Assembly (NCBI GenBank): GCA_022616055.1
Contig: JAKEFM010000315.1
Coordinates: 8,366-72,365 of the forward strand
DNA: 64,000 nucleotides
Direction: 5' to 3'
DNA from: Planctomycetota bacterium
Lineage (GTDB): Bacteria; Planctomycetota; UBA1135; JAKEFM01
Positions within the stretch are counted from its first letter, which is position 1. The number at the start of each line of letters is the position of its first letter. Under the pieces are notes generated by a model that was not told where the DNA came from, ran no database searches, and worked only from the letters and a program-made list of their open reading frames with translations. Shown here piece by piece: positions 1-10,066 of the stretch. The position numbers were made by a program, and so were the translations under genes.

Positions 1-254
1 GGCCCCATCCGGCCGCAGCCTCCGCCGAACTGGATCTCGCAGGCCTCCGGGTCCTTCTCGAAGAGGGCGCGGCTTGCGGGGGTGGCGAAGAGGTAGCGGT
101 AGCCGTGCCGGACGGCGGCGACCTCGTCCTTGCCGGAGACTTCGCGGCCCGCGACCAGCTCGACCGGGTCGAGGCCCTTGAGGGCGAGGACGGGGGCCTC
201 GTCTCCGGGCGACGAAACGAGGAGGGGGGGGAAGGCGAGGAGGAGGGAGATCAT
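1..254 (-). CDS. partial CDS (5' part only, runs off the window edge): secreted YHS-like domain protein
   Basis: Reverse-strand ATG at 254..252. Hand translation gives MISLLLAFPPLLVSSPGDEAPVLALKGLDPVELVAGREVSGKDEVAAVRHGYRYLFATPASRALFEKDPEACEIQFGGGCGRMG. A signal-like N-terminus followed by this pattern resembles YHS-type domains. It is absent from the ORF track because there is no stop inside the window. Confidence 0.45.
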   Translation of the reverse strand, partial: MISLLLAFPPLLVSSPGDEAPVLALKGLDPVELVAGREVSGKDEVAAVRHGYRYLFATPASRALFEKDPEACEIQFGGGCGRMG

Positions 255-290
255 GGAGGGAGGATAGGGCGCGCGGGGCGAAGCGGGTAT

Positions 291-2339
291 CTACGGGCGC
301 TTGCGGGCGCCCGGTGCGAACGACTGGAGGGGGCGCGGCTCGGCGCCGAGGGCTCCCGCCCGCACCTCGAGGTGGACGTCGCCCGTCTTGTTGAACCAAT
401 CGACCGCGATCGGGTGGAGCCCCGCGCCGAGGGCGATCCCGCCCCGCTTCTCGGCCGCCGCGTGGAGGCCGTCGTTGTCGACGACGGTTTCGCCGCGGAC
501 GAGGAGGCGCGCGCCGTCGTCGGAGGCGAGGGAGAAGAGGTAGACGTCGTCGCGGGGGATCTCGATCCACCCCTCGTAGCGCAGGCCGACGCGCTCGTCC
601 CGGAACCCGTCGGGCAGGGTCACCGTCCGGCGCCTGAAGGAGCCCTTCGACGGGAGGGCCCCGAAGTCGGGGAGCCGGTCCCAGTCCCCCTCGAAGCGCT
701 GGACCTGGAAGTCGCGCTGGGGATCCGCGATCGCCTCCCCCGGGAGGGGCTCGACCCGGCGGAAGGTGTTCGAGACGACCCCGCTCGCGGGCGTCGGGCC
801 GTGGAAGGTGCGCGCCTTCACGCTCGCCGTCTCCCGGAGGGTGATCGATTCCCGGTAGAGAGGCGAGGTCCCGTCGGGATCGGTCCCGTCGGTCGTGTAG
901 CGGATCTCCAGGCCGGGGGAGGGGGAGAGGATCGAGACCTCCAGGGGCCGGACGAAGGTCGCCGACTCGGCGCGGATCTCGGGCGCCCGGTAGACGACCG
1001 GCTTCCCCTCGACCTCGAGGACGACGACGGAGCAGACGGGATCGGGGGCCTGTGCGGGAAGGGCGATCCGCAGGTCGGAGCCCCTGCGCTCGAGAGCGAG
1101 GGGCTTGTCGGGCTCCGCGAGGAGGAAGGCGCGGCGCGGCTCGCTCCCCACGCCCGGGACGAGGAGGCTCGTTCCGGGCCAGTCGAAGACGTGGAGGTAG
1201 AGGCGGCTCGTCTCCTCGCCCGGCTTCATCGTCGAGCGCCCCCACGGGAGCGCGTCGAACGGGCTCGCCTGCGTCCCGTGGATCGACTCCCCGTTCGTCG
1301 CCATCCAGGATCCGATCGCCGCGAGCCGCTCGAGGCAGGGCTCCGGGAAGGTCCCGTCCGCCTTCGGGCCGACGTTCAGGAGGAAGTTCCCCCCCTTCGA
1401 GGCGACGTCGACGAGGTTGCGGATCAGTTCGGCGGCCGGCTTCCAGTTCGAATCGCGCGAGTTCCACCCCCAGTGGTCGTTCATCGTCATGCAGGTCTCC
1501 CAGTCGACGCCGGGGAGGCCGGTGGGGGGGATCTCCTGCTCCGGGGTCGCGAAGTCGCCGACCGCGTCCGGCGACCCGGAGAAGCCCGCCATCCCGCCGC
1601 GGTGCACGTCGACCCGGTTATTGACGATCATCGAGGGGTCGAGGGAGCGGCAGAGGCGGAAGAGGCGAAGCCCCCGCTCGTGCGTCCAGGTCGGCTCCCA
1701 CTCCCCGTCGAACCACATCACGGAGGGGCGGTAGCGCCGGACGATCTCGCGGACCTGCGCGTGGAGGTATCGCTCGAACCGGTCGAAGTCCGCCCCGTCC
1801 GCCGAGCGCTCCTCCCAGGACCGGCGCGGGAGGTAGTCGGGGTGGTGCCAGTCCATGATCGAGTGGTAGGTCCCGAACCGGAGGCCGTGGCGGCGGCAGG
1901 CCTCGGAGAGCTCCTGCAGGATGTCGCGCCCGAAGGGGGTCGAGGCGACGTCCCACTCGGTCTCCCCCGAGTCGAAGAGGCAGAACCCGTCGTGGTGCTT
2001 GCTCGTGATCACGACGTAGCGCATCCCCGCCGCCCGGGCCGCCCTCGCCCAGGCGTCGGCGTCGAAGCCCGTCGGATCGAACATCGGGAGGAGGCGCTCG
2101 TAGACGTCGAGCGGGATGCGGGCGGTGTCGCGGATCCACTCCCCGTGCCCGGTCGCGTCCTTCCACTCCCCGCCCGGGATCGCGTAGAGCCCCCAGTGGA
2201 GGAATAGACCGAACCGGGCCTCGCGCCACCACTCCATCCGGCGGTCGCTCTCGGACCCGGAGCCCGGCCTGGACGGGCCCCGCGAGGGGCTCGCGCAGCC
2301 GGCGAGGAGGAGGAGGAAGAGGGTCGCGGCCCTGGACAT
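291..2339 (-). CDS. alpha-L-fucosidase (GH29) lipoprotein with C-terminal PA14-like module
   Basis: C-terminal 682 aa of ORF 291..5066(-). ATG at 2339 gives a lipoprotein signal (MSRAATLFLLLLAGC). GH29-like motifs are present: WWREARFGLFLHWGLYAIPG, VITSKHHDGFCLFDS, NFLLNVGP. The C-terminus has a PA14-like stretch (GLRYEGWIEIPRDDVYLFSLASDDGARLLV). Confidence 0.9.
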   Translation of the reverse strand: MSRAATLFLLLLAGCASPSRGPSRPGSGSESDRRMEWWREARFGLFLHWGLYAIPGGEWKDATGHGEWIRDTARIPLDVYERLLPMFDPTGFDADAWARAARAAGMRYVVITSKHHDGFCLFDSGETEWDVASTPFGRDILQELSEACRRHGLRFGTYHSIMDWHHPDYLPRRSWEERSADGADFDRFERYLHAQVREIVRRYRPSVMWFDGEWEPTWTHERGLRLFRLCRSLDPSMIVNNRVDVHRGGMAGFSGSPDAVGDFATPEQEIPPTGLPGVDWETCMTMNDHWGWNSRDSNWKPAAELIRNLVDVASKGGNFLLNVGPKADGTFPEPCLERLAAIGSWMATNGESIHGTQASPFDALPWGRSTMKPGEETSRLYLHVFDWPGTSLLVPGVGSEPRRAFLLAEPDKPLALERRGSDLRIALPAQAPDPVCSVVVLEVEGKPVVYRAPEIRAESATFVRPLEVSILSPSPGLEIRYTTDGTDPDGTSPLYRESITLRETASVKARTFHGPTPASGVVSNTFRRVEPLPGEAIADPQRDFQVQRFEGDWDRLPDFGALPSKGSFRRRTVTLPDGFRDERVGLRYEGWIEIPRDDVYLFSLASDDGARLLVRGETVVDNDGLHAAAEKRGGIALGAGLHPIAVDWFNKTGDVHLEVRAGALGAEPRPLQSFAPGARKRP

Positions 2340-2362
2340 GGTCGATCGGAGGAGAAGGACCC

Positions 2363-4810
2363 CTACCGTCGACCCTCCCGCTCGTCCACCTTCTCCCCGG
2401 CCGACGCCTGCAGCTCGACCTCGCTGAAGCCCAGCTCGTTCCCCCCGACGCGGCCGTCGATCGCTTCGAGGATCCGGATCTCGAGGCGCTGCACGGCCAG
2501 AGGCTTGCCGAAGGGGAGGACCGTCTTCAGGAGGACGTCCGGGTTCATCTCGACCTCGAACCGGCGGTCGCCGTTGAGGATGACCTCGGCGCGGGCGATC
2601 CGCGCCTCCTTCGCGCTCGCGAGCCGGGGCCGGCCGTGGGAGAGGAGGACGCGGTCCGCGCGGATCGACGGTGAAAAGGCGAGCCGGAGCCAGGGAGAGC
2701 CGTCCTTCGCGGTGCAGAACCAGGCGGTGCCGAGTTTCCCGTCGGCGGCCATCTCGGGCTTCTGGGGAGCGGAGGCGAAGCTCGACGCCTCGGCGCGGGG
2801 CTCGATCCCGCGGAGGAGGTTCCGCCTGAAGTCGCCCGGGTAGGCGAGGCGCTCGGGCTCGAGCACCTCCTCGACGGGGATCGGAAGGGGAGGGGACTCG
2901 AGGACGCGCTCGCTCTCCCCGGCCGGAGCCCGGAGGAAAACCTTCGCCCACACCTCCCAGGTCCCGCGGCGCGGGAATCGGTGCTGGAGCTCGAAGCGGC
3001 GGATCCCCTCCGCGGAGACCTGGGCGCCCGGCAGCTCCCCGAGGAGGGTCGCCTCCTTCCCTTTCAGGCGTCCCCAGAACTCGACCTTCGCGACGTCGAG
3101 GCCACTTTCCTTCGCCCGGCGGGCCTCGAGGAGGTCCTCCCGGATCCGCTCGATCCAGACCGCGGCCGGAGGGCCGCCGCGGGCGCGGATCGCCACCTCC
3201 GCCTTGGGGGCGTCGGTCCCCCAGGTCTCGACCTCGCTCCCCTTCCCCGTCGTCGAGGCGGCCGTCGCCTTCCCGAGGAAGAGGAGGGCGAGGGGAGTCT
3301 CGATCGCGGTCGTCGTGCCCCAGGAGCCGTCCCCCTTCTGGGCGCCCACGAGGTAGTCGGCGCCGTTCTCGTACCAGTCGAGCCCTCCGAGCCGCTCGAG
3401 CCCGAGGAGGGCGCCGACCCGCTCGACGCCGTAGATGAACCAGTAGTGGTGGCCCACCCCGTGACGGCGGTCCGGGTTCGTCGACCAGCGCATGTTCCTC
3501 TCGAGCCAGGCGAGCGCGGCCGCCCGGGCGGGCTCGATGCGGACGCGCAGCGGCCCGGGAAGATGACCCTTCATCCCCTCCTCCGCGATCGCGAGGATCG
3601 AGAGCGCCCCCGCGGTCGTCGATCCGGTCGGCTCCCCGTCGACCCGGTAGGAGAACCCAGCGGGGCGGACCCCTCCCGTGACGGAGGGGCCGGGGGGATT
3701 CCGATCGAGGCAGCGCAGCGTCCCGTCCGCGAGGTCGAGCCAGACCTCCTCGGGGATCGACACGCCGGCTCGGGCGGCCGCGCGCACCGCGAGGGCGGCG
3801 AAGAGGGTGTTCGAGAGGTCGGGCGCCGGCCGATCGCCGTCCAGGTAGACCGGGTAGGAGAAGAGCCCCGTCGAGTCCTGCCAGGAGAGGAGGTCCTCGA
3901 CGGTCCCGAGCAGGAGCGCCTCCCGGGCGGGGTCTCGCAGCCTCTCGAGGGCGAGGATCACGCAGGAGGCGGCGTAGGTCTTCTCGATCTCCCGCTCCTC
4001 CGCCGCCCGGATCGCCATCTCGACGGCGGGGTGGTCCCGGCGGACCCCGAGGGAGAGGAGCGTGTACGCCGCGAAGGCGGGATGCCCCGCCCCCCACTCC
4101 TCGAAGGCCCCCCAGGTCCCGTCGAGGAGCTGGTACTGGAGGAGCCACCGGATCCCGCGCTCGACCGACGCGCGAATCTTCTCCTTCGGGATCCCCTTCC
4201 AGGGCGCCATCCGGAAAGTCCATGCCGCCTTCTCGTTTCCGACCTTGACGAGGAGGTGGTTCGCGCCCCGGCGCAGCCGGAGGCGCTGCTCGTGGTCCTG
4301 GAGGAGGAGGATCCTGGGGAAGTCGCGCTCGACGAGGAGCTCCCCGTTGAGCCAGACCCGCAGGGAGTCGTCGCTGCCGAGCGCCGCGGTGATCTCCATC
4401 TCCTCGGCCGCGTCGATCCGGCGGTAGAGGTAGGCCGCGACGAAGTCGCCCCAGTGCTCGACGCCGCTCGGGGCGGGGAGGACCTTCCCGAAGTCGATCG
4501 TGCCGACGTCGAAGTCGCTCCCCCCGCCCTTCTCCCGGACCACGGGCACCCACGCGACCGTCCTGCCTCCCTTCCCCTTGAAGGTCGCCCGGAGGTCGGG
4601 CCCCTCCGCGCCAGCCTCCATCGACTTCATTCCCCGCTCCGGCGGGTGGGGCGACGCGATCTGCGAGGCCCCCTCGGGCTCGTCGAACGGACCGACGGCG
4701 AACCAGGGCCCGAACTCCTGGGCGGGGAGCGAGGAAGCGAGGAGGAGAGCGACGATCGCCCGGAAGATGGCTCCGTCGAAGGCGTGGCGGCGCGCGCCGG
4801 CGCCGGCCAT
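2363..4810 (-). CDS. secreted prenyltransferase/terpene-cyclase-like repeat protein with C-terminal discoidin (F5/8 type C)-like module
   Basis: C-terminal 815 aa of ORF 2363..5860(-). ATG at 4810 gives a signal peptide (AIFRAIVALLLASSLPAQE). It has repeated alpha-toroid-type motifs (QLLDGTWG, WQDSTGLFSY, AQKGDGSWG). The C-terminal ADGKLGTAWFC... region is discoidin-like. Confidence 0.8.
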   Translation of the reverse strand: MAGAGARRHAFDGAIFRAIVALLLASSLPAQEFGPWFAVGPFDEPEGASQIASPHPPERGMKSMEAGAEGPDLRATFKGKGGRTVAWVPVVREKGGGSDFDVGTIDFGKVLPAPSGVEHWGDFVAAYLYRRIDAAEEMEITAALGSDDSLRVWLNGELLVERDFPRILLLQDHEQRLRLRRGANHLLVKVGNEKAAWTFRMAPWKGIPKEKIRASVERGIRWLLQYQLLDGTWGAFEEWGAGHPAFAAYTLLSLGVRRDHPAVEMAIRAAEEREIEKTYAASCVILALERLRDPAREALLLGTVEDLLSWQDSTGLFSYPVYLDGDRPAPDLSNTLFAALAVRAAARAGVSIPEEVWLDLADGTLRCLDRNPPGPSVTGGVRPAGFSYRVDGEPTGSTTAGALSILAIAEEGMKGHLPGPLRVRIEPARAAALAWLERNMRWSTNPDRRHGVGHHYWFIYGVERVGALLGLERLGGLDWYENGADYLVGAQKGDGSWGTTTAIETPLALLFLGKATAASTTGKGSEVETWGTDAPKAEVAIRARGGPPAAVWIERIREDLLEARRAKESGLDVAKVEFWGRLKGKEATLLGELPGAQVSAEGIRRFELQHRFPRRGTWEVWAKVFLRAPAGESERVLESPPLPIPVEEVLEPERLAYPGDFRRNLLRGIEPRAEASSFASAPQKPEMAADGKLGTAWFCTAKDGSPWLRLAFSPSIRADRVLLSHGRPRLASAKEARIARAEVILNGDRRFEVEMNPDVLLKTVLPFGKPLAVQRLEIRILEAIDGRVGGNELGFSEVELQASAGEKVDEREGRR

Positions 4811-4819
4811 CCTCCTCCC

Positions 4820-5449
4820 ATGGCTCTCCTCGAGGTCTGCGTCGACTCGATCGCCCGCCTGCGGGAAGCGCAGTCGAAGGGGGCGGGTCGGATCGAGCTC
4901 TGCTCGCGGCTCGATCTCGGGGGGCTCTCGCCGGGACAGGCCCTTCTCGGGCCGGCGCTCGGCGTCGCCCGCATCCCCGTCCACGCGATGGTCCGCCCGC
5001 GGGAGGGAGACTTCGCCTACTCCGCCGCGGAGTTCGCGCGGATGGAGCGGGAGGTCGAGGAGGCAAAGGGGCTCGGCGCCGCCGCCGTCGTCCTCGGGAT
5101 CCTCGCGACGGACGGCCGGATCGACGGGACCCGGACGCGCGCGCTCGTCCTCGCCGCGCGGCCGATGTCGGTCACCTTTCACCGCGCCTTCGACGAGGTC
5201 GCCGACCCCGCCGCCGCACTCGAGGAGCTGATCGAGGCCGGGGTCGATCGCCTCCTGACGGCGGGGGGGAAGGGGAGCGCGTTCGACGGACGGCGGAGGA
5301 CCCGGGACCTCCTCGAGCGCGCGCGGGGCCGGATCGTCGTGATGGCGGGGGGCGGGATCCGGGGCGGGAACGTCGGCGAGATCCTCGCCGACAGCGGCGT
5401 GAGCGAGGTCCACTCCTCGGCGATCTTCCCTCTCCCCGACGTCCGGTAG
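4820..5449 (+). CDS. cutC: copper homeostasis protein CutC family
   Basis: Last 209 aa of ORF 2981..5449(+), starting at ATG 4820. The N-terminus LEVCVDSIARLREAQSKGAGRIELCSRLDLGGLSP and the later VTFHRAFD are typical CutC motifs. Confidence 0.85.
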   Translation: MALLEVCVDSIARLREAQSKGAGRIELCSRLDLGGLSPGQALLGPALGVARIPVHAMVRPREGDFAYSAAEFARMEREVEEAKGLGAAAVVLGILATDGRIDGTRTRALVLAARPMSVTFHRAFDEVADPAAALEELIEAGVDRLLTAGGKGSAFDGRRRTRDLLERARGRIVVMAGGGIRGGNVGEILADSGVSEVHSSAIFPLPDVR

Positions 5450-5457
5450 CGGGTGGC

Positions 5458-6657
5458 TCACTCGAGGATGGGGAGGAGCCGGTCGACGACCGCCTCGCCG
5501 ATCGAGAGGGAGGAGGTCGCGGCGGGGGAGGGGGCGTTCAGCACGTGGACGATCCGATCCTGCGCCTCGATCCGGAAATCGTCGAGGAGGGAGCCGTCGG
5601 GCGCGAGGGCCTGGGCGCGGACCCCCGCCGGAGCGGGGAGCAGGTGCTCCCGCCGGACCTCGGGGACGAGGCGCTGGAGGGCCCGCGCGAAGGCCGACCG
5701 GGAGAGGGAGCGCCACATCTCGGCGCCCCCCGTCCGCCAGTGCTTCGCGGCCATCTTCCAGAACCCTCGGTAGGAGAGCGTGTCCCAGAGGTCGGCGGGG
5801 CGCAGGGTCCATCTCGTGTACCCCTCCCGGGCGAACGCGAGCACCGCGTTCGGCCCGCACTCGACGCCGCCGCCGACCGTAGGCGTGAAGTGGACGCCTA
5901 GGAAGGGGAAGGTGGGGTCGGGGACGGGATAGATCAGGCTCCGGACGAGGCGCCTAGCTTCCGGGACGAGCTCGAAGTACTCGCCACGGAAAGGGACGAT
6001 CCGGACCTCGCGCTTCGCCCCCGTCCTCCCGAGGACCCGGTCGGAGTGGAGGCCCGCGCAGTTCGCGACCACGCGCGCGCGCGCCTCCCCCTTCGTCGTC
6101 GCGACGACGATCCCTTTTCCGTCCTTCCGCGTCGCCCCGGCGCGCGCGCCGGTGACGACCTCCCCGCCACCCTGGCGGATCCTCCCGGCGAGGCGCTCGC
6201 AAACGGTGGAGTAGTCGACGATCCCGGTCTCCCACACATGGATCGCCGCGATCCCGGCGGCGTGGGGCTCGATCTCCCGCAGGCGCTCGGGGCCGATCCG
6301 CTCGCAGTCGACGCCGTTCGCGAGCCCCCGCTCGAGGAGCCGCTCGAGGCGCGGGACCTCCGCTTCCTCGACGGCGACGATCGTCTTCCCGCAGGTCTCG
6401 AAGGGGACCCCCTCCTCGCGGCAGAAGGCCTCGAGCATCCTCTTCCCCCTCCGGCAGTTCGCCGCCTTGAGGGTGCCGGGCTTGTAGTAGATCCCCGAGT
6501 GGATCACGCCGGAGTTCCTGCCGCTCTGGTGGCGGGCGAGCCCCTCCTCCTTCTCGAGGACCGTCGCACGCCGGCCGGAGCGGCGCTCCTGGAATCGCCA
6601 GGCGGTCGCCAGGCCGACGATCCCGCCGCCGATCACGACGAGGTCGGCGTCGCGCAT
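5458..6657 (-). CDS. lhgO: L-2-hydroxyglutarate oxidase/dehydrogenase (FAD-dependent)
   Basis: Last 399 aa of ORF 5458..7884(-), starting at ATG 6657. It has the FAD-binding motif DLVVIGGGIVGLA and resembles the LhgO/YgaF family end to end (HQSGRNSGVIHSGIYYKPG, PFRGEY). Confidence 0.85.
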   Translation of the reverse strand: MRDADLVVIGGGIVGLATAWRFQERRSGRRATVLEKEEGLARHQSGRNSGVIHSGIYYKPGTLKAANCRRGKRMLEAFCREEGVPFETCGKTIVAVEEAEVPRLERLLERGLANGVDCERIGPERLREIEPHAAGIAAIHVWETGIVDYSTVCERLAGRIRQGGGEVVTGARAGATRKDGKGIVVATTKGEARARVVANCAGLHSDRVLGRTGAKREVRIVPFRGEYFELVPEARRLVRSLIYPVPDPTFPFLGVHFTPTVGGGVECGPNAVLAFAREGYTRWTLRPADLWDTLSYRGFWKMAAKHWRTGGAEMWRSLSRSAFARALQRLVPEVRREHLLPAPAGVRAQALAPDGSLLDDFRIEAQDRIVHVLNAPSPAATSSLSIGEAVVDRLLPILE

Positions 6658-6665
6658 CCCTCTCC

Positions 6666-7982
6666 CTAGGGGCCGGCGGGGACCGCGAGCGCGGCCTCGA
6701 GGACGGGATCGCGCCCGGCGAAGAAGTCCGACGAGACGACGTCGACCGGGACGTCGGGGAGGATCGCGGAGGCGGGCGCCCGGCCGGGCCGGATGCATCG
6801 CTGCGTGTAGTACACGGTGAGCCCGGCGTTCGGCAGACGCAGGCCGGCAAGCTCGCGGAAGGGGGAGTAGGGGTTTCCGCCCGTCGGCTCGCCCACGAAG
6901 ATCGCCTTCGTCCCCTCCCGCAGTTCGCGCGCGTTGAGCGACGCGGAGGAAAAGGTCCGCCTCCCGATCAGGACGAGGATCTTCCCGTTCCGGTTCAGGC
7001 TTCGGTCCTTCCGGATCGCCGTGATGAAGGGGGAGAGGAGGGCCGAGTTCCCTCCCGAGTTCGCGCGCAGGTCGATCACGAGGCGCGCGCGGGGGTTCGA
7101 CCGCGCGGCCGCGAGGAGGCCCTCGAGGAACGGGCCGATCGGCTGCCCCTCCTCCTCCGAGCACGAGTTGTACTGGAAGTAGAGGGTCCCCGAGGCCTTC
7201 CACTCCTCGAACCAGTACTTCTCCGATCGGCGCCGCCGGTACTCGGGGACCGGCGCCTCGGGTGCGGCGACCCACGCGGGTCGCTCCTCCGCGGCGAGGG
7301 GAGGGGTAGCGACCTCGAATCGCTCTCCTCCCCGTTCGAAGGAGAACCGTCCTTCCTCCTCCGCGGGGAGGATCCGGAGCCCGCGGAGGACGGCGGCGTT
7401 CGAGAGGAGGTCGGCGACGTGGAGCTTGAGCCACGAGTCGTTCCCCTCCGTGGGGACGAGGGGAGCGATCCTCGCGGCCGCCTCCTCGACCGGGGTCTCC
7501 CCGACGCGGACGAGGCGGGCGCCGAGCGCCGCGCGGTGCGCCTCCGTCGCGGCGACGACGAAGAAGCCGTCGGCGAAGCGGTGGAAGCGGAAGGGATACC
7601 GGGCCGGCGGGAGCTCGACTCGCGTGTGGGCGTCGTCCGCGAGCGCGGCGATGCGCGCGATCGAGACGGCGATCTCCGCGTCGTTGAGCCGGGGGATCTC
7701 CCTCTCGAGCTCCACGATCGCTCTTTCGAACTCCTCTCGCCGGAGGGATCGGAAGAGGTCGCCGTGGATCCTCGGCAGCTCCGCGGCGAGGTAGGCGAGG
7801 TCCTGCCGCCACTTCCCGTCGCGGGTCTCCGCGGCGGGAGGGGGGGGCGAGGGGGCGGGGAACGAGCCGGGCGCCGAGGCGCACGCGCCCGCGAGCCCGG
7901 CCAGGAAAAGGAGGCGCGCCTTCGCGGAAGGCCTTGGTGTCGGGGACGAGAGGATCGTGGCGGAGGACGCCTCCGCGCGCAT
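6666..7982 (-). CDS. S41-family (tail-specific protease-like) peptidase, secreted/lipoprotein
   Basis: ORF 6666..8027(-). S41-like motifs are present: VIDLRANSGGNSALLSPF and LIGRRTFSSAS. The signal/lipobox region is ARLLFLAGLAGAC. The start is either ATG 7982 or the ORF-track start at 8027. Confidence 0.75.
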   Translation of the reverse strand: MRAEASSATILSSPTPRPSAKARLLFLAGLAGACASAPGSFPAPSPPPPAAETRDGKWRQDLAYLAAELPRIHGDLFRSLRREEFERAIVELEREIPRLNDAEIAVSIARIAALADDAHTRVELPPARYPFRFHRFADGFFVVAATEAHRAALGARLVRVGETPVEEAAARIAPLVPTEGNDSWLKLHVADLLSNAAVLRGLRILPAEEEGRFSFERGGERFEVATPPLAAEERPAWVAAPEAPVPEYRRRRSEKYWFEEWKASGTLYFQYNSCSEEEGQPIGPFLEGLLAAARSNPRARLVIDLRANSGGNSALLSPFITAIRKDRSLNRNGKILVLIGRRTFSSASLNARELREGTKAIFVGEPTGGNPYSPFRELAGLRLPNAGLTVYYTQRCIRPGRAPASAILPDVPVDVVSSDFFAGRDPVLEAALAVPAGP

Positions 7983-8046
7983 CGGGCCCAAGACCCTCAC
8001 GGCCGGCGGGCCCGAGGCGCCCTCCATGGGCCGCGGCGGACGCGGG

Positions 8047-8532
8047 TCATTTCGTCAGGAGCTTCGCCTTCACCTTTCCCTCGAGGACGAGGAAGAGGTT
8101 CACCCCGAGGACGTCGGTCGGACCGAGGACGAGGACGCCGGCCCCCTTGAGCGAGGTGGCGGTCGGGTTCACGTGAGCCGAGAACTGGAGCGGGATCGCC
8201 GTCGGACCGGGCCCGCTCGCGACGATGTGGTAGTTCCCGATCTCCCCGGTCAGCGTGAAGGGGCCGATGGGATCGAGGGGGAAATCGACCGTGAGGGTGA
8301 TGTCCGACCCCGCCTGGGTCACGTCGATCGTGATCAGGGTCTTCGACTTGAACGCCTTCGGGGGGAGGAACCCGGACTCGTCGTAGAGCTTCCCCGAGAT
8401 GGTCCCCTCCCAGGTGGTTCCGTTGAGGTCGGGGGCGCCGTCGGGGGTCGCGCCCCTCAGGAGCGCAGCGGCCGTGGCGACGGAGCCCAGGAAAAGGGCG
8501 GAGGCGACGAACGCGAATCTCGTGCGGGACAT
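8047..8532 (-). CDS. hypothetical small secreted protein
   Basis: 161-aa ORF with a clear signal peptide (MSRTRFAFVASALFLGSVATAAA). Its composition is less GC-biased and protein-like. It sits on the same strand between the DUF1501 and S41 peptidase genes. I do not recognise a family. Confidence 0.6.
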   Translation of the reverse strand: MSRTRFAFVASALFLGSVATAAALLRGATPDGAPDLNGTTWEGTISGKLYDESGFLPPKAFKSKTLITIDVTQAGSDITLTVDFPLDPIGPFTLTGEIGNYHIVASGPGPTAIPLQFSAHVNPTATSLKGAGVLVLGPTDVLGVNLFLVLEGKVKAKLLTK

Positions 8533-8629
8533 CGATTCCTCCAGGGTTCGGGTGTGAACCGCGTTCTCCGGGAGAGGTCCCGGAACGCTATCCCGGACCC
8601 TGGCGGTCGCCAGCCCCGGAGTTCCGGGG

Positions 8630-10066
8630 TCAGACGAGGAGCTTGCGGACCACCTCGCCGGCGACGTCCGTCAGCCGGTAGTCGCGCCCCTGGAAGCGGT
8701 AGGTGAGGCGCGTGTGGTCGAGCCCGAGGAGATGGAGGATCGTCGCCTGGAGGTCGTGGACCGAGACGGGGTCCTCGACGACGCGGCAGCCCAGCTCGTC
8801 GGTGGCCCCGATCGCGACCCCGGCCTTGGTCCCCCCCCCGGCGAAGAGGACGGTGAAGGCGTGGGGGTGGTGGTCGCGGCCGAGGAACTTCGAGCCGTCG
8901 CGCTCCTCGTTCATCGGCGTGCGCCCGAACTCCCCTCCCCAGACGACGAGGGTGTCCTCGAGGAGGCCCTTCTCCTTCAGGTCCCGGACGAGGGCGCCGG
9001 TCGCCCGGTCGACCTCGCGGCAGACCTGCGGGAGGGTGTGGACGATGTCGTCCCCCATGTTCGAGCCGTGGGTGTCCCAGCCCCAGTGGTAGAGCTGGAC
9101 GAACCGCACCCCGCGCTCGACGAGCCGGCGGGCGAGGAGGGCGTTGTTCGCGAACGAGGCCTTCCCCGGCTCGACGCCGTACGCCTCCCGGATCGCCGCG
9201 GGCTCGGCTTCGATCGAGAGGAGCTCCGGGACGCTCGACTGCATCCGGTAGGCCATCTCGTACTGGGCGATCCGCGTCTCGATCTCGGGGTCGCCGTAGC
9301 GCGCGAGGGCCTTCCGATTGAGGTCGGCGAGCGCGTCGAGCGCGCGCCGACGCGAGGGGCGGTCCATCCCGGGAGGATCGGCGAGGTGGAGGACCGCTTC
9401 TCCCTGCGATCGGAACCGGACCCCCTGGTGGACCGTCGGGAGGAAGCCGCTGCTCCAGCAGGACGCCCCTCCGTCGGGCATGTAGGGGCCCGAGAGGAGG
9501 ACGACGAAGGAGGGGAGGTCCGCTGCCTCGGTCCCGAGTCCGTAGGAGAGCCAGGAGCCCATGCTCGGCCGGCCGATCCGGAAGTGTCCCGTGTTGAGAT
9601 GGATCTGGGCCGGGGCATGGTTGAACTGGTCGGTCCGGACGGAGCGGACGACCGCCCACTCGTCGGCGACGGAGGCCATGTGGGGGAGGAGCTCGGAGAA
9701 GTCGTGTCCCGCCTCCCCGTGCTTTCGGAACTCGTACGGAGAGCCGAGTGCCTTCGGGTGCCCCTTGATGAAGGCGAAGCGCTCCCCCCGGATGAGCTCG
9801 TCCGGCACCGGCTGGCCGCTGATCTCGACCAGTTTGCGCTTGGGGTCGAAGAGGTCGAGCTGGGAGGGGGCGCCCGCCATGAAGAGGTAGATCACGCGCT
9901 TCGCGCGCGGCGCGAAGTGGGGGGGGCGGGGCGCGAGGGGGTTCTCGGCCGCGCGAGCGAGACGGGGAAGGACGCCCGAGAGGGCCATCCCCCCGAGGCC
10001 GACCCCGCACTCGGAGAGGAACCAGCGCCGGGTTCCGCCACGGAGGACTTCGCTCCGCGGGTCCAT
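8630..10066 (-). CDS. DUF1501 family protein (sulfatase/alkaline-phosphatase-fold, Tat-type signal)
   Basis: Last 478 aa of ORF 8630..12514(-), starting at ATG 10066. The twin-arginine-like N-terminus is [21 protein letters not shown]. Typical DUF1501 motifs are present: [41 protein letters not shown]. Confidence 0.9.
   Translation of the reverse strand: MDPRSEVLRGGTRRWFLSECGVGLGGMALSGVLPRLARAAENPLAPRPPHFAPRAKRVIYLFMAGAPSQLDLFDPKRKLVEISGQPVPDELIRGERFAFIKGHPKALGSPYEFRKHGEAGHDFSELLPHMASVADEWAVVRSVRTDQFNHAPAQIHLNTGHFRIGRPSMGSWLSYGLGTEAADLPSFVVLLSGPYMPDGGASCWSSGFLPTVHQGVRFRSQGEAVLHLADPPGMDRPSRRRALDALADLNRKALARYGDPEIETRIAQYEMAYRMQSSVPELLSIEAEPAAIREAYGVEPGKASFANNALLARRLVERGVRFVQLYHWGWDTHGSNMGDDIVHTLPQVCREVDRATGALVRDLKEKGLLEDTLVVWGGEFGRTPMNEERDGSKFLGRDHHPHAFTVLFAGGGTKAGVAIGATDELGCRVVEDPVSVHDLQATILHLLGLDHTRLTYRFQGRDYRLTDVAGEVVRKLLV

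Noticed and set aside
105-2207. 700-aa ORF on the + strand, with similar giant ORFs elsewhere (13587..15491 -, 18857..21979 -, 30640..33717 -, 41450..43939 -, 54103..56121 -, 60814..62928 -)
   Set aside because: They lie antisense to or out of frame with genes that have clear family motifs. Their translations are low-complexity Arg/Gly/Pro/Asp-rich strings with no recognisable domains, which is the expected stop-codon-poor artefact of ~70% GC DNA.
2340-5066. N-terminal extensions of many track ORFs (for example 291..5066, 2363..5860, 5458..7884, 8630..12514, 35361..38513, 39421..42174), which would make proteins of 1000-1600 aa
   Set aside because: The upstream parts overlap other well-supported genes and are Arg/Pro-rich nonsense. 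Internal starts give proper signal peptides or N-terminal motifs, and often 4-nt overlaps with the preceding gene.
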